NCBI RefSeq assembly: GCF_009914755.1
Contig: NC_060928.1
From: the human T2T-CHM13v2.0 reference genome, Homo sapiens
DNA length: 64,000 nucleotides
Direction: 5' to 3' (one strand)
Part shown: piece after piece, positions 1 to 12,040 of the stretch
Position numbering within the stretch: the stretch's first letter is position 1
How the letters are laid out: every line of letters begins with the position of its first letter
The notes under the pieces: generated by a model
Told to the model about the DNA's origin: nothing
Databases searched by the model: none
The model's input: the letters and a program-made list of their open reading frames with translations, nothing else
Program-made: the position numbers and the translations under genes

Positions 1-489
1 AGACAGGCTAACCCATCGTCCCTTAACCAGCACAGCTCAAACTGCGAGTAGACAATTTTTCAGTAATGCACTAATGACGATTATATTAGCCAAAATGAAG
101 AAAAAATAATCCAAGTTGCCATTTACATTCAGAACATTTTTTTCAAAGGAGTTAGTATATATAAAAGAAAAGGTCAGCTCTAAGAATCAAAATTAGTTGT
201 CTCTCCACAGCCTAATTTGGGTCTTTTAGGAAGCAGAGCTATGATTTCTGTGAGGAGTGGGATGGAGACATTTGAACCCACCATCATGACAACAGAACCC
301 TGTCAGCAAAGGGCCTGTACTCTCTCTATTGTAAACTGGTCACAGCAGAAGATATATTTATTACCGGTTTCTGCACATTAGGGTGTTATTTTGTGCAAAT
401 TATGGTTGTGAGCAAGAGTTTTTCTTAGAGCAGTGGTCATACTCATTCCATGATGGGTCTAAATGCTGTCACTGTGCTGCCAATGGGCT

Positions 490-660
490 GTTTCTGCAAG
501 CCCAGAATCTGCATTAGACTCCCTTGCAGAGGTTTGTAAAATACAGATTTCCAGGCTCTACCCAGATTGCTTCAATTTAGTAGGTCTGGAGTGGTGCCGG
601 AAGATATATATTTTGGGGAAAAAGTCACCCAGGTGATTCTAATATCAGCCAGATCCAATG
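490..660. mobile_element. MER5-like hAT-Charlie MITE remnant
   Basis: Motifs aaaatacagatttccaggc...ccaggtgattctaat are typical of MER5A/B. Edges approximate. Confidence 0.6.
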
Positions 661-842
661 CTCACTTCTCCAGTAAACAGGATAAGCTATTTGGGGAGGG
701 GACAGAATATGGAAATGGTAACTTGGAGTCTCCACAGACATCAGAGTGGCCTTAAGCACAAAAGGAGCCTCAAGAACTGCCAAGCACTATATTTCCATCT
801 TTAGTAAGAATAAATTACAAGTTCTTCAAAAATCCTGTCTTT

Positions 843-965
843 GGCCTAGGAACGGTGGCTTACACCTGTAATCCCAGCACTTCAGGAGGCTGAGGCGGGC
901 GGATCACGAGATCAGGAGATCGAGACCATCCTGGCTAACACGGTGAAACCCCGTCTCTACTAAAA

Positions 966-1008
<43 letters not shown>

Positions 1009-1175
1009 TTAGCCAGGCGTGGTGGTGGGCGCCTGTAGTCCCAGCTACTAGGGAGGCTGAGGCAGGAGAATGGCGTGAATCTGGGAGGCAGAGCTTGCAG
1101 TGAGCAGTGAGCTGAGATCGCACCACTGCACTCCAGCCTGGGCGACAGAGCAAGACTCCGTCCCAAAAAAAAAAA
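843..1175 (+). mobile_element. AluY with (CA)19 in the mid linker
   Basis: AluY diagnostics GAGATCGAGACCATCCTGGCTAACACGG, GAATGGCGTGAA and GAGCTTGCAG; A tail. Confidence 0.95.
969..1006. repeat. (CA)19 microsatellite
   Basis: Direct count. Confidence 0.97.
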
Positions 1176-1689
1176 CAACTCTCCTAAGGCTCCCTGTGAA
1201 ATTCCCCACCACGGCTTCTTCCTACCTGTCTGCCACCTCTCTGTGTCTCCTTGGCCTTCTCTACTCCACCTTTCCTGGACCCCAGCTCTTCAGTTCACCC
1301 CTGTTTCCTGCAACTGCTTCCTGCCTTCCTTTGCTCTTGCCTTCTCTTTGCCTCAGCCCTCTTCTTCTAATCCAGATGGTGTTGCATTTCCATCACTGGT
1401 TCTCTCTGCTCTACAGGGAGGCTCCTCAATTCCCTTCCCTAGTGTTGGAGGAAAAGTGGTGGGCAAGACAGACAAAGTTCCTGCTCTGATCAAGTTGACA
1501 CTCCAGTAGGGAAAGACTGATGGAAAACAAGAAATATATATATGTAAGTCAGATTGATTTACGTAGTAGTAAGTTAAAGCAAATTAGAACAAGATGAAGT
1601 GGTAGAAATTTGTTCACCATGGCAGTGCTAGCAACTATAAAAATGCTTGGAACGTTGTAGGCATTGGATAAGTTATATTTTTTAAAAAA

Positions 1690-2520
1690 TGAATTCCATT
1701 TTGTGTGTGTATTCGTTATATAAACAAAATGATAATTTGTGCCCTGTTCAACGTTCTACTTTTTTCAGTTAATAATATGTCTTGGAAAGTTTTACACATA
1801 AGCATTTGCAGAACTACCCCATTACTGTTTTTGTCCCTTTGCCTTGTACAGTTTATTTTTATTTACCCAGTTTCTTGTTGACAAATCATTTTCCAGTTTT
1901 GTTTTTTATTTAATTACAAACACTTCACCGAACATTCTTGAACATGTGTCTTGATACACTCAATACTGCATTAGTAAAGAATATTCATGGGGGTAGAATT
2001 ATTGTATCAAAAGAATATCAGCAATTATTGTATCAGAAGAATGATAGATATTGCCAAATTATCATCAAAAACGATGTCACCATTTGCACACCCAGCAGTA
2101 GTGTATGATAATACTCTTTCCACACACCTCACAGGTCCCCATTATGATCAAACTTCTGATTTGTCAGTTTGAAAGTTTTCTCCTTGCTGTATTTGATTTG
2201 TATTTCTTTCATTATGAATGAGGTTGAGCATCTTTTCATATGTTTATTATTTGCATTTCTTTCTGAATTTTTTTAATATCCTTTGCCCTTTATTCTACTG
2301 GATTTGTTAATTTTTTTATTTCTTTCTGTAGGTTCTTTGTAAATTAAGAAAATTTGTTTTATAATTCACATTACAGATATTTCTTCCTGATTTGTCATTC
2401 TTTTCATGTATTTATGACATACTTATTAGTGTATTTTATTTGCCATACAGAGAAGTTTGTAATTTAAGTAAATGCAAACTTATTATTTTTCTTCATGGTT
2501 CCTACGCAATGGTTTATTGT
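1690..2520 (-). mobile_element. Old L1M fragment, antisense
   Basis: T-rich with the L1 antisense signature aatgaggttgagcatcttttcatatgttta. Edges approximate. Confidence 0.7.
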
Positions 2521-3595
2521 TTATGTATGTTTATGTAACAAGCATCTTAGTGATCTTCTCATGAGCAAAGTTATATAGAATACAAAATTCCTAAAGTCTC
2601 AGCAATCAAAGGTCTTTTGAAGAAAATAAGGAAAAGTTTTGAATTAATGACCAGATCTCTTCCATATTATCTCTGATGGTAGCTCAGCTAGCATTTTTCC
2701 TTCAGCCTGTCAGGAATTGGGCATCTTATTTTAAGAGGCAGCTCTTTATATTGTTACACAGCTTTTTTACCCATTTGTTCAAATAAGCGGTAGAGGAATT
2801 GTGGTTTAAGCAGAGAGCAAAATAAAGAGAGGTCAAGAGCAGGAGATGATGGCATCTTCAGGGGACTGCACATTCTTCATCTTTAATCGTAAGATAACTC
2901 CTTCTAATACAGAGCCAAAATTGTCTCCTAGTGTTTTCTCATGACGTTCTGATAAAGCAAACACATTGGAAATAAAAGATTCTGCCATTCCTTTTTGATC
3001 CATGTTGGAAAAATCCAACCAACGCTATGTGATAAGGATCATCACTAACTAATTGCGTAGTAAATCCTGCTACAGACTTCATTCCCTGATGATATTGTCA
3101 AGTAATAAGTATTTCTTTCCGGTTCATGGAGATAGGATGTTACTTCTGTGAGTTTGTCTATAAAACTAGTTCTGTATACCAATACCATTTTCCACTGACT
3201 TTTATTGTGTAATTAGGTATATGATGGCCTTGTATCCATATCCATTATGCAAATAGATATATATTCACATGGAGAATATGTGAGGTGGAGAAGTATATAG
3301 AGTATTTAGAAATATAAAGAAACTACACTGAGAATTGTGAGAGGAATAAGGCAATAATTGCAACTTTCAAAAATAAAAACTGTAGAGAAAAGGAAGAAGG
3401 AAGAAAATGCCAAAGATAGATTTATAGCTCTAAATGATCATTTATAGCTCAAAGAAAAACTTCAGATTTTCATTGCTCAGTTCTCTCCTCTCTGAGTAGG
3501 GAACACAGACATGTGCCTCAGAGGGACGAGAATTCCCATAATGCACTCCATTCCCAATATGGCGAACGCTGCATCCACTTAGAACGCATGTACAG

Positions 3596-3979
3596 TAGGG
3601 GGGCCAGATTTAGCAAATAAAAATCCAGAACACTCAGCTAAATTTGAATTTCAGATAAACAATGAATACAGGTCAAGTATCCCTTATCTGAAATGTTTGG
3701 GGCCAGATGTGTTTAGGATGTCAGATTTTTTTTCGGATTTTGGAAGGTTTGTGTTGTACACTGAACTGTAGTTCAGCATCCCTAATTAAAAAATCCAAAA
3801 TCCAGAATGCTCCAATGAACATTTCCTTCGACCCTCACATCAGCACTCAAAACATTTCAAATTTTGAAGCATTTCACATTTCAGATTTTCAGATTAGGGC
3901 TACTCAACCTGTAATAATTAGTAGTGTAAATATGTTTCCAGCATTACTCAAGTGCCCTGTATTCTATTTGGCAATTCTA
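3596..3979. mobile_element. MER53 hAT MITE interrupted by Tigger4a
   Basis: Starts TAGGG..GCCAGATTTAGCAAATAAAAAT..., ends ...CCTGTATTCTATTTGGCAATTCTA. Confidence 0.8.
3669..3911. mobile_element. Tigger4a (MER46-type) TcMar MITE
   Basis: TIRs CAGGTCAAGTATCCCT / AGGGCTACTCAACCTG, with TA target duplication at 3667-68 and 3912-13. Confidence 0.85.
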
Positions 3980-4629
3980 ATAAATGGTCAACTTCTCATT
4001 TTTTCATTTGGAATTTCCAAACTCCATGAAACTGACTCTTGAAGCAACCCAAAAATATAAATGTTTTAAAATATTATATGTTAGATATATTTGGTTGCTA
4101 TGTAAGAAGATATTCTTATCCTGAGAGGTTTCAAATATCTTAGTAAAAAACCCAGCCCCCCATTTCACTTACACGTAAACACATTCACAATTATCACTTG
4201 TTTTCTTGCTAAAAACATCCGGTGTGTTTATTTTATTTTATGTTATATTTATTCTGTTTTGCCTGGCACTTCATATTCAATCACATTACACCTGCAAAGC
4301 TGGGCTTGAATTGAATCAAGACAAGATACGCTGGGCAGAAGCCAGACCCTGTGGTGAGAAAGCCATGGGATTCTCTGACCAGTGTCCCCTTGTAAATATA
4401 CAAAGTGGGAGGACTTGAGGTGAGAACAAAATCTCACTGAATTGTGAGTGAAAGTGATCACCGCTGACACCTCCTGGGCCAGTTTGAATACAAAAACAAT
4501 TTAGGTAATGACTTCATAAAAAAGTTAAAGCCCCCTATTGAATAGATCAGAATAAATGTTCTCATCAGCTAAGGCAAGTAAATATACAAATGAGTGAGCA
4601 AATCACAGCTTATATTGAACAATACTAAT

Positions 4630-4820
4630 ATAAATAGCTCTCATTTTGCATTGAGTGTGTGTTTTACATATATGAACTCATTTGTTACTCAAAGCAGTCC
4701 TGTGAGAGAGGAACTTTACTTATCTCCATTTTACTGCTGAAGAACCCTGAAGCACAGAAGGGTTAAATAATGACCCAAGGCTACACTGCAAGGAAGTGAT
4801 TGAAATAGAATTCAAACCTT
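4630..4820 (-). mobile_element. MIR
   Basis: Antisense MIR core ctccattttactgctgaagaa...gcacagaagggttaaataatgacccaagg. Confidence 0.7.
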
Positions 4821-5179
4821 CTTCTTAAGATGTCACCTGCCCTTCAGATTATCTGGCAAGCAAAGGGCAAAATAACTTTTTTCTCGATTGTGATTCTAAT
4901 TCTACCTGATTCCTTAGAAGGCAGCCTCAGCCTTCATAACAAAGATATCAGTGCTCAATAGATAACCCTTGAGTAGACAATCATGTTCTTAGTCTACTGA
5001 CCAACCTCAACACCCATTTTGCTCCCAGAAGTGAAGAAAGGTGGATCACAAAAGAGTAGAGTAGATTGAGTGTCCAAGACCTGCCTGGCACCACGCAACT
5101 TTGGATAGGTCATGGGCCTCAACATCATAGTTGTTTCCTTATCAGAACAAGTAATGATGAAATGATAATGGTAGCCATC

Positions 5180-5640
5180 CTAGAGTGAGCTTCTACTCTT
5201 CATTAGGCACAAGGCTAAGCATTTAGCATATATAGCACCAAGAACACTGTGATCGTAACCCGCATTCTTGCCTCCACTTTATAAATGAGGAAATTAAAAT
5301 GCAGAGGAGTTAAGTAACCTTTGGAAAGTCACACAGGTAAAAAGAAGCAAAGCAAGGGGTTCTACCAGTTCTAGTTAACTTCTGGGGGCAGCTGCAGCCT
5401 GTGAGCTAGGTGCACGGCTTGTGGCGTTCAGGCTGGCTGGGATCTAGTCCTGTTCTAACACTGAGTAATATTGTTCACATTACTTAAACTTTCCATGTCA
5501 TGTTTTCCTCTTCTGTAAGTTCGGGATATAGTACTAGTAGTGTCTACTTTAGAATTCAAGAAGACCAGATATATAATGACCAGAACATTGCCTGGCAGAG
5601 AGTAAACACCTACACAAGCTAGCTGTTATCATCACTATTA
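5180..5640. mobile_element. Two MIR fragments in opposite orientations
   Basis: Minus core ccactttataaatgaggaaatt (~5275) and plus core ttttcctcttctgtaag (~5505). Confidence 0.6.
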
Positions 5641-6589
5641 CTATTGTTATTGCTATTACTTTACTGTGGCTACTACTATTGCTATCATTATTGCCACTGC
5701 TTTTTCTATTACTATGAATGCCTTTCCTATTTCAGCACAATGTTCTTGTCTTAAAAAAGAAAGAATTTATAGCTCAAGAGTTCCATAATTCTTGCAACTC
5801 TAGAAATCTATAAATGAGAGGAGGAGAAAAAAAGAAAATGAAACAAAGACCAAAGTTCCTTGAGGAGAAAAGAAGTCCTTGAAGGGCTGCTGGAAAGAGA
5901 TCAGAAGGAAAAAACATCTGAAATATCCAATGCTTTGAGTTTCAGATACTTTATTTCCATTCGGTTTGCAATATTCAAGTTCCAACACTTCCCATGAACT
6001 TGGAAAGTTCTCTTATGGTTGTCAACGTATTTCCTAAGAAGGACCCATGAAATGAAAAGTCTGAACTGCATGCCCTGCATGCTCCCGTTCCCCTCCCACT
6101 CCCCTAACAGGGACACCAGCCTGAATCACCTGAACATGTATCATTTTAGGCCTCAGCCCTGAAGCATCTCCCCGTCCCTCTCACTCAATGTGCTCCTCCA
6201 AGGCCAGTTTCAAGAAGTAGGTAAGGAGAAATGAAGGTGAAAGAAGCTGCTTCTGTGTTTCAGGCTTTGATGGACTTTATTTTCCTTGTCCAAGTGCCTC
6301 TCCCTTGCAGACCCTGTGATGTGGGTCATCTTCCTCTTATTTACTTCATTCAGGGAAGGTGAACACAATGGCTGTCAAGGTCCATGCATCCTGTTGGTCT
6401 GCATGGGGATGCATGAGTGAAGCTCAGTCCCACCAGCCTTTGCAGACACAAGCCCAAGCAGGAAGACTGCCCACACGGCTGGGGCGTCATTCCTCACCAT
6501 AACTTATGGGCCACTCATGACCTTCCCATGACGGACCTCCAGCCCTATCCTTCCCACTCTGCCATATTGAATTGCTTATAGCCCTTGAA

Positions 6590-7130
6590 TGCCTATGTAC
6601 TCTCTCTACCCTCATCCATGCCCCATGCACCCTCCTCACCTGTACTTACGCTGAATATCTAAGTTTAAATGTGGATCCTCTAGGAAGCTGTTTCTGACCA
6701 CACAGACTGGGTTAATTGTCCTTCCTGTGTATGTCTATACACAACCAACCCTCATTTATCCAGCGTCTTCTGTGTGCCAATCCTCGCTCTAAGAAATGGA
6801 GAAAATAAATGTCGAACAAGTCAACATGGAGAGAGAAATGGCAACATAAACAATATTCCAGAAAGTGATATGGGCCATAATAGATGAAACAGGATGACCT
6901 GGTAAAAAGTAAGGGGAGGCAGCTATATGAAATTGGGAAACCAGGTATTTTTTCTGAAAAAGGAACTAATATTTAAGCAGAGTCATGAAGGCAGAGAAGA
7001 AGCCAGTCGTGGAAGGAGTTGGGGCAGAATGTTCCAGGTAGAAGAAATTATGCAAAGATGCGAAGGCAGGAATGGATGTAGTGTGTAAGGTAGACAGAGA
7101 GCTTCCTGGGGGAGAATGATGTGGTTTATG
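6590..7130. mobile_element. L2 fragments
   Basis: cctctaggaagctgtttctgacc and ggggcagaatgttccaggtagaagaaa...gcaaag are L2 motifs. Confidence 0.6.
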
Positions 7131-7594
7131 GACATGCCAATAAGGTCATTGTCATGGCCAGTTTTTATCCAAGGGTAATCTCATGGGTAGAGAGCAGTTG
7201 GACATATGACAAAGGCTTTAGAATAAGACAGCTGTGTCTACTGCCGATTGGCTGTACGGCCCTGAGCAAGATTTTTTAACCACTCTGATCATTATCTTTT
7301 TCAACATATGATAATGCTTAAAAGCAGACCTTAGAGTTATTCAGACAACTTCTCTTTTGCTAATTGGGTGGCAATATATTTACCTTTTCTGAAGCTAATT
7401 TTTCCTACATGCCAAGTGGGTCACATATAGAAAGCCTAGCATTTAGTGTATGGCCAATATTTTGGGTGCATTATCAATGTTATTGTTACTCATTTGTGTG
7501 CAAGTAATAATACCACCAATTGCAGACTGTTTGAAAATTAGATATAATTTATGTGCAGTATTCCAAATTTAGTAAGTTTACAACATTAGTATAG

Positions 7595-8045
7595 TGGATG
7601 TTTCTTGTTTTGCATTTACTTAGCAACCATTTCTCTATCTAACAGCAACTTATTTCCTTTAGGGAAAGATTTCTTTCAATTGTATATACCTGATGGGACT
7701 GTTATCGGGTGCCCCTCTTTTCCCCAACTGGGTGACCCATGCTAAGCCAAGCAGATACTTCCTCCCTGGAATCTGCATCTTGAGTAGAGTCAACAAGACT
7801 GAAAAAAAGGCACTCATTCATTCTAGCACTGATGCCTGAGAAAGTCTCTTCCTGTACAAGACCATTATTGTGATTTCTGTTTCCTTTGGCCTCCAGAACT
7901 ACAAAAACCCCTGTCCCTTTCTAAGACCTGGTCTCCTTTTTCTACCAATTCTAGAAGTTCCTGATAGCCTTCCACTAGATTCCCTTTTGTTTAAATTAAC
8001 CAGGGTTATTTTATTTCTCTTGCAACCAAAAATTGTAACCAATCC
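7595..8045 (+). mobile_element. Old ERVL LTR (LTR33/LTR16-like)
   Basis: 3' end ttcccttttgtttaaattaaccagggtt...cttgcaaccaaaa. Confidence 0.5.
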
Positions 8046-8914
8046 AGATAGCTATATTATTGTTACTTCTACTGTTATTAAGAAGGAAGGTTTAACTACT
8101 AACATTATTGTTAATTATTATTTTTTGATGGTATGGGGAGTATAAACTGCCCACAAATTTTCTGCCTTAATTGGGAGTAGATAATAAAATCAAAAGCAAG
8201 CCACATAAATCTCTCTTGTTTTCCCATTCACACCCACACCTGCTCTGTATATGTATCTATTCCCATAGCTTGTATGGTTTGTAGTTCAAGACTAAATCCT
8301 GGCTACAGCTCAAAGCAAGAAAAAATTTACAAATGATAGACTGGGCTGTTGGTTTAATGTCTGTTTTCAAGGCCTATGACGTAGTCACATAAAAAAGCCT
8401 CTGATAAATTATTAATAGACAATGATGCATGCTATGTGTGTTCTCTATGGTGAGGACAAGGACATAGATTCAAAACTCATAGATGATACTTAACTTCCCT
8501 CCACGTGGAAGCCACAGACTGCTTGCTCACTTACAATTGATTCTAATGCAGCAGTGAAGGAGGCAGGTAGAAAATAAAGATGAATAAGGTAACATACCTG
8601 AAAACCTAGTGAGGTCCTGTCTGCTTCCTCTAGGTCTATGATTACATGATTCTGTCTAAGAAGTTATTAATTTTTTTGATGCATGAGGATCTTTGGCTTA
8701 AGAGGAAATTTCACCTGCCTTCACTACAATCTTTAACTTGCTCAAGTTCCCCATGTCTCTAATAAGAATAAAATGATTTCTGTTATTAATTATGAAATAA
8801 TAATTATACATAATCCTTTCATAGTTTACATAAATATGTCATATATAATTTACAAAGTTGTTGTAAAGACTGAAAACAGTCGTGTGCCCTTCCTACTTCA
8901 CTTCATAGAAGAAG

Positions 8915-9385
8915 TGTGCTCACTCCAATCAGTGACCACACTTCTTCAGCCCCTCTTTGGAATAGAGTTCACATCCATGCCCTATGGCTTCTGACTTAGT
9001 TTAGCTCCTGTAAAAATAGGCAGGGTCTATTTTTTCACCTATTGAAGTTGGGTGTGACCATGTGACATTTTTTGGCTAAGGGAAAGTGGATAGAAGTGAG
9101 CAGGTGCCTGTTCTGAGCTGATGTCTCAGGAGGCATAGCGAGGTTCCACTCTCTCTGTCCCCTCTAGTAATTTGCTGTGAGAACAACATGACCTAAAGCT
9201 GCTATCCCAAGGAGAATGAGAGGCAGGAAATTCAATCTGTGGCCTGAGGGCAAGCCCAGCCTGCCTGCGCTTAGTACAGGGCTGCCCTAGCCTACCACAG
9301 TCCCATGAAGAAAAATATAGAGGCTTTTTGTTCTAAGCCACTCTGTTTTAATGTTATGCAGCAATATTGGGACAACAGCTGAGCA
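8915..9385 (+). mobile_element. MLT1 (I/J-like) MaLR LTR
   Basis: gaccatgtgac...ggctaagggaaagtggatagaagtg and ttgttctaagccact...gttatgcagca. Confidence 0.65.
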
Positions 9386-9884
9386 ACGTGCTAGTCCTTT
9401 TTACAAATTTCATTGTCCTCTGCATGATTTTAAACTCTGTAAAGTTAGGGTCTGGGTCTGTTTGGTCCATTGTTATTTTCCCCACTTCCTAGGAGAGTTT
9501 ATAGTGAGTAATATTTAATGGTCTATCATGAGTTCCTTTTGTTAGTCTAGTCCCCTCTCTCCAATCAGATATAAATTTAAGATAAAGAAACAATCCTACT
9601 TAAGAATGATATCCACAAAATACATATGAGATTACCTTTCACTTTTCTCAGTCACTATATAATCTTTTTTTTTAAGTGAACAAAATAAACAGGCAAATCT
9701 TGTGGATAATAGCCCAGAGGCTAGTTTTCAAACTATTAGAGACAATATTTACTATTTCTTTGTATAGTGAAGGGGCCAAAATTGCTAGTAAAAATAATTC
9801 TGAATTCTTGTGTTCCTTTATTTACTCAGCAGGCCTTTTGATGGCATTTCGTGCTAAGCCCCATGTTAAGTCCTTGAGATATGG

Positions 9885-10259
9885 TGCAATGGATTTAATG
9901 TTTATTTCACTACTTCCACCCCCAAATTCATATGAGGAAGTCCTAACCTTCAAGGTAATGGTATTAGGAGATGGGGCCCTTGATAGGTGATTAGGTCATG
10001 AAGGTGGAGCCCCCACGAATAAGATTAGTGCCATTATAAAAGAAGCCCGAGAGAGGTCCCTTGCCCCTTCTGCGACCTAAGGACACATCAAGAAAGTGGC
10101 CATTTGCAAGCCAGGAAGAGAGCCCTCCTCGGATATTTAATCTGCCAGTGACTCAGTCTGGGACTTCCCAATTCTAGAACTGCGAGAAATAAATGTCTGT
10201 TGTTTATAAGCCACCCAGTCTATGGTATTTTGTGATAGCAGCCCAAATGGACTAAGACA
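9885..10259 (+). mobile_element. MLT1A-type MaLR solo LTR
   Basis: TG...CA ends, ccccaaattcatatg...ggtattaggagatggggcc, AATAAA, ...ggactaagaca. Confidence 0.85.
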
Positions 10260-11901
10260 TAAAGAGCAAGATCATGATTCTGGGTGTTAAGTTATTTATG
10301 CGATAGTAGCAAACACAATTCCATAGACATCAGAAGTTTAGTGTGTTAAGTGTTTGCATTGATAGAAACAGAGTTCTTCCTAGGGGGACATAAGAGAAGG
10401 AGTATTTAACTCAAACGTAGAAGAAATCTGGGGAGACTTTGAGCAGGTGATAGCTGGCTGTATTTTAAATTACGTGTAGGAGCCAGCTGTGTGAAGAAAA
10501 CATTCAGAAAAATAAAATAGCAAGTACTGCAGCTCTCAGATACCTCAAGGCAGATAGGGTGACAGGGATCAGTCATTTAGGAAGTAGCTCATTATTGCTA
10601 AGTAGTGTACGAGCATAGCCTTTGTTCCATCTACCTTTACTGACCACAATTCTGTACCCTCAACATCCCGATCTCTCCAGGCAAATGATTAATTTCACTT
10701 TGGCAAACAATCCAGGGTGAGGCAAAGTCTGCAAAACTTTTAAACAAAATATTCATCATTTTAATTCCTTTGCCCTTCTCAGTAAAATTAATAATAATCC
10801 CATTTACTTAATTTGGGAACAGAAGCTACACATGAAAGCCTTAAAAAAAATTGATGAAATAAAATCTGCTAATTCATGTGATTATCTCAGAACCCAAAAG
10901 ACAATGTTTTGGGTCATTTTATGCCACTGAGAACTTTACCTGAACACTTGTGACAAATAATAGGACTACTATCTTTCTATTATACACATTTTGGCAAATA
11001 ACTGAGCATAATAATGAAATACAATTCTAATACTGTGCTCTAACCTTTAGAGCACAAAATTAAAGGAAGAAAAACCCCTATAATTAAAATACTACAGAAA
11101 ATGGCCAAATGGACATGGGAGTAATGTAAAATAAATCCTGGAATTTAATCAGCTTTTTAATCATCACTAGTTAAGACAATTGGTTGGGACTGTTATTGTC
11201 AATAGCAAACTAAAATCATTTCACGTGATAATTTCGAGGGTTAATTGTTGCAGTTTATTCAATGCAATCTTCTCTACCGGCTTCATTTTTATTTGCCAGT
11301 ACACCAATATACCATGATTAGCATAAATTAAACTAAGTCAATTCTGTGGGTTACTAAATTATTTTACACCTGTCTTTTTTTTTTTCTTTTCCTCCCCAAA
11401 CATTTAAAGGTTAGAGATGGGTGAATGGTTTGATGGCAAATTCCAACATCCAGCTGCTCAGCCTCAGCTCAAAAAAGAAATGCTTAAAATCTGGGTGATT
11501 GATTTTCAGAAATCTTGGGTAGAAAAATACATCGTGAAAAAATGTCATCACGAAAGATGTTGTATCATTATACACTGACCTTTTACAGAGGCCCATGCGA
11601 CTCACAGCTGGGAAGCAAGGAGCTCTACATGCAAACTTAGATAATACAGAATGGGAAAGACTTGCGTGTGTGCCTCAAATGAGCCATTTCCCGTGTTCAA
11701 ACTGACACACAGTGACCTTGGATGGCTCCGGTAACATTTGTTCTTAACAAAGTGAGTTTTATCTAATTTGGAAACTCCATTCTTTTAACAGTGGCTCACT
11801 GGTGGTAATTCATCTTTCACTGAGAAGCTCACCACAGGAATCCTTGACTTACACCCAACTTTGGGGGAAAAAAAAGTCACTTATACAAAATGGTCAGCCC
11901 A

Positions 11902-12040
11902 GCAGGGTGTGGTGGCACACACACCTATAAACTCAGCTACTCAGGGAGATGAAGTGGGAGAATTGTTTGAGCCCAGCAGTTTGAGGCCAGTATGGGCAAC
12001 AGAGCGAGACCCTGTCTTAAAAAAAATTAATAAATAAATT
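11902..12040 (+). mobile_element. Alu monomer (FLAM-like)
   Basis: Single monomer ending gcgagaccctgtct plus an A-rich tail. Confidence 0.8.
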
